From: Anthoceros angustus
Taxonomy: Eukaryota; Plantae; Anthocerotophyta
Reading direction: 5' to 3'
Assembly: GCA_010909165.1 (NCBI GenBank)
Contig: MU008185.1
Coordinates: 62,001-126,000 of the forward strand
Length of the DNA stretch: 64,000 nucleotides
Made by a program: the position numbers and the translations under genes. Each line of letters opens with the position of its first letter. Within the stretch, counting starts at the first letter, position 1. Of this stretch, positions 63,451 through 64,000 are shown piece by piece. The notes beneath the pieces are model-generated. The model did not search any database. It had not been told where the DNA came from and was given only the letters and a program-made list of their open reading frames with translations.

Positions 63451-64000
63451 AATTCCTAACGGCAGGGCTGCCCTCTTACAAAACGGTCTCAACACAACGA
63501 AGGTCGCTAGAGACTGACTCTCCCTCTCGTCTTCTAAACCCACACCTCGTGCAGCCCTTTACGGAGGGGAAGGCAGTAAGCGGAATCTGACAAGGTCGCC
63601 TTGCACCCGAAGAGGCTCCACACTAGCAGAATTCGTCAATATGGGCTCACACCGTGACAGGGCACGGACGTAACGCATGCGAGCTGCAACTGCAGCTGGT
63701 CAGCACCGAAAACAGCAAGGACACATACAAGAGCTTGCCTAGGCTTTCCTGAGTCTTCACCCAATTCCATCCCCAATCCTAACCTCCCAACCGCAGTCTG
63801 GACAGCTCCAAGCTGCAGCTCATAGCTGCCTGACATTCAATTCATCCAAACACCGTGCATAGCTTCCCACACAACACCCTACGCACCCCGCGTAATAACA
63901 CCCTCAATGTCAGCCAGTTTACCACATTACGAAACATAGAATCGTGTATGAACGTTTAAGTAACCAAGCCCAACAGTTTGCTACCTTCGAGGACTGTATA

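Overview
This is eukaryotic, intron-containing, repeat-rich DNA, most likely from a seed-free land plant with flagellated sperm (inferred from two ciliary genes, an EG16-type GH16, a germin-like protein and a PPR-DYW remnant). All family calls come from motif recognition by eye, with no database searches. Host genes: a tandem two-domain GH16/EG16-like glucanase (24.8-26.6 kb), a CCDC13-like gene head-to-head with a scrambled radial spoke head RSPH4/6 gene (29.4-39.3 kb), a truncated germin-like gene (47.3-47.7 kb) and a SAWADEE + RRM-like gene (61.2-63.5 kb). Mobile DNA: a decayed Crypton-like tyrosine recombinase (0.3-2.4 kb), a near-complete Ty1/Copia element with 213-bp TG...TA LTRs and an extra upstream ORF (6.6-17.9 kb), chromovirus integrase fragments, MITEs, and a Ty3/Gypsy-like gag-protease region carrying a C5 cytosine DNA methyltransferase (53.2-57.1 kb), which is the most notable element. 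The window has many single-base indels, near-identical tandem duplications and microhomology-joined patchworks. Frameshifts and some rearrangements may therefore be consensus or assembly errors rather than biology.
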